This document shows positions 62,191 through 64,000 of a DNA stretch of 64,000 nucleotides, piece after piece. The translations under genes and the position numbers were made by a program. The stretch comes from Callorhinchus milii. Its lineage: Eukaryota. The DNA is taken from positions 39,432,001 to 39,496,000 of the forward strand of contig NW_024704745.1 of NCBI RefSeq assembly GCF_018977255.1, in the 5' to 3' direction. Below the pieces are notes generated by a model. It was not told the DNA's origin. It ran no database searches and was given only the letters and a program-made list of their open reading frames with translations. Position 1 is the stretch's first letter, and each line of letters starts with the position of its first letter.

Positions 62191-63204
62191 TATGATAAAT
62201 TGCCCAAAAGGGTTTAGTGGGTCAAAAAGCATTCTTATATTGGTTTGTATAAAGTTATTACTGTATTGCCTTGTATGTGCTTCTGTCCTGTCTGAAACCA
62301 GTAAATGTGCTATATGTTGGAAGTTGGGATAGAGACTGATTAAAGTGCAGCTGACTGCCATCATCGACTCTCTACCCCACATGGAATATGTTGGAATGTT
62401 CATCATAACCATATGAAGTTGTATCAGGCAGTCAGACATTGAATGTTTACAGGAAGAAATTCACAAATATCTGGACTATGTTTTAAATTACTGTTGCTTA
62501 TTATAATCAGAGCAAGGCTTAATTGCTACATGTTTTGTTCATTTTGTATCTGGTGACAGCACAGGGCAGTGGAAAGTCAACCTCCAGGCTAGCAGTTTAA
62601 AACTTACCATTCATCTGAGAAAGTTGACATTTGAAAACCCTTTGATGATATTAGCAATTATGTGTCAAAGACACTGTTTGATATTTAGAACACAAATGTA
62701 TACAGAGCCTTGAATGGACAGACTGTCTGGCAACTACAGTAGCAAGAAGAGCAAAACTTTGATGTGTTACGGGCTACTGACCTAATTAGATTCAAAATCA
62801 GAGTATAAAGTTTTTTTTAAAAAATTCCCCAAACCCATAAATCTGAAACAAATCCACCTTTTTTTTGAAATCAACTAGATATAATCTATTTGCTAAATAT
62901 AAAGAAAGTAAAGAAAGCAATTGTTTTATTCTGGCAAGTAAGAAAGTCAGAACATCTCTAAGGGCTTTGCTACAATTATTGTTAAGTGTCACTTTTTCTA
63001 TGCAAACAAGGTTCTCAGTTATTAACATACAATAAATGTTGATCATTAATATTATAGTAAATGTATTGGCAACTGGATTATTTTTGGTTCCAGGATTCAT
63101 TGACAAATCTCAGAAAATTAGCTAATTCTGGACCTTTTTTTAATCTTAGCTGTAATTCAACAAATGTACTGACCTCAATTGCTGAGCACGTCGGATTCTC
63201 AGAA

Positions 63205-64000
63205 AACAACAACAGCAAGATTACATTTGTATAGCGCTTTTCATGTCAGGAGGACGTCCCAAGGCGCTGGACAGTGTACAGTATTTCAGACCCGAGCTGG
63301 GGTCAGGGGGGCAGAAGGGAGGGGAGGAGAAGGGGGGTGACCGATGGCATGGTCAAAGAGGAGGGTTTTGACATGGGACTTGAAGGAGCTAAGGAGGGGG
63401 CGAGACGGAGTGACTGGCGGATGGAATTCCAGAGGTTGGAGGCAGAGTGGCTGGGTGGGGTGGGGTGGGTGGGGTGGGTGGGTCGGGGGACGTGGAACAG
63501 GCCAGAGCTGGCTGAGCGGAGGGAACGGGCAGGTTGGTAGGGAGCTAGGAGGTCGCAGAGGTAGGGTGGGTGAGGCCATGGAGGGCTTTATAGGTGAGAA
63601 CCAGGATCTTGAACTGGATCCTCTGAAGGATTTCTGGATTATCTGCAGCCTGTGGAGGGAGGAGTTGGGAAGGCCGACAAGCAGGGCGTTTGCGTAGTCG
63701 AGCCTGGAGGTGACGAAGGCATGAACAAGAGTTTCAGCGGCCTGAGGGGTGAGGTAGTGGCGGAGTCGGGCGATGTTACGGAAGTGAGGGAAGGCAGAAC
63801 GGGCCATGGCTTGGATGTGGGGAAGAAAAGACAGTTGAGGGTCGAACAAGACCCCTAGGTTCCTGACTGGCTGGTGAGTTGTAATGTGCAACCATGGAGG
63901 TTGATGTTGCCAGAGCCTGAGGTGCTGAGGCGCTGGCACGAGCCAATCAGGAGGGCCTCAGTCTTGTTCACATTCAACTGTACGAAATTTGCTCTCATCC
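63205..64000 (-). mobile_element. L2-clade LINE 3' portion, continuing beyond the window, with a small internal deletion near 63630
   Basis: VRNLGVLFDPQLSF..IARLRHYLTPQAAETLVHAFVTSRLDYANALLVGLP and (TTG)n tail. Confidence 0.93.

Overview
Vertebrate genomic DNA, most likely a cartilaginous fish and probably a chimaera (Holocephali), judged from the SINE families and the Spry2 sequence. There is one protein-coding gene: sprouty2 (spry2, single coding exon, CDS 6523-7500, + strand). Upstream lie a CpG-rich promoter region with ETS, Capicua and CCAAT motifs, candidate non-coding 5' exons and an intron holding C-rich satellites. Downstream lies a ~1 kb 3'UTR with miR-21/23/27 seed sites. The remaining ~55 kb is gene desert filled with decayed L2 and CR1 LINE fragments, a tRNA-Ala-headed SINE, Deu-domain SINEs, AmnSINE2-like relics and a few non-autonomous DNA transposons with recognisable TIRs/TSDs, separated by TE-free islands that look like conserved enhancers. 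I see no prokaryotic-type system (CRISPR etc.). The most interesting signals are a 33-codon out-of-frame uORF overlapping the spry2 start that appears deeply conserved, a lineage-specific poly-His tract in Spry2, a hAT element carrying a CRE/ETS module just 3' of spry2, and a 90-nt near-perfect hairpin at 60416-60505. TE boundaries are approximate and read by eye. Repeat family names and comparisons to human sequence come from memory, not from database searches.
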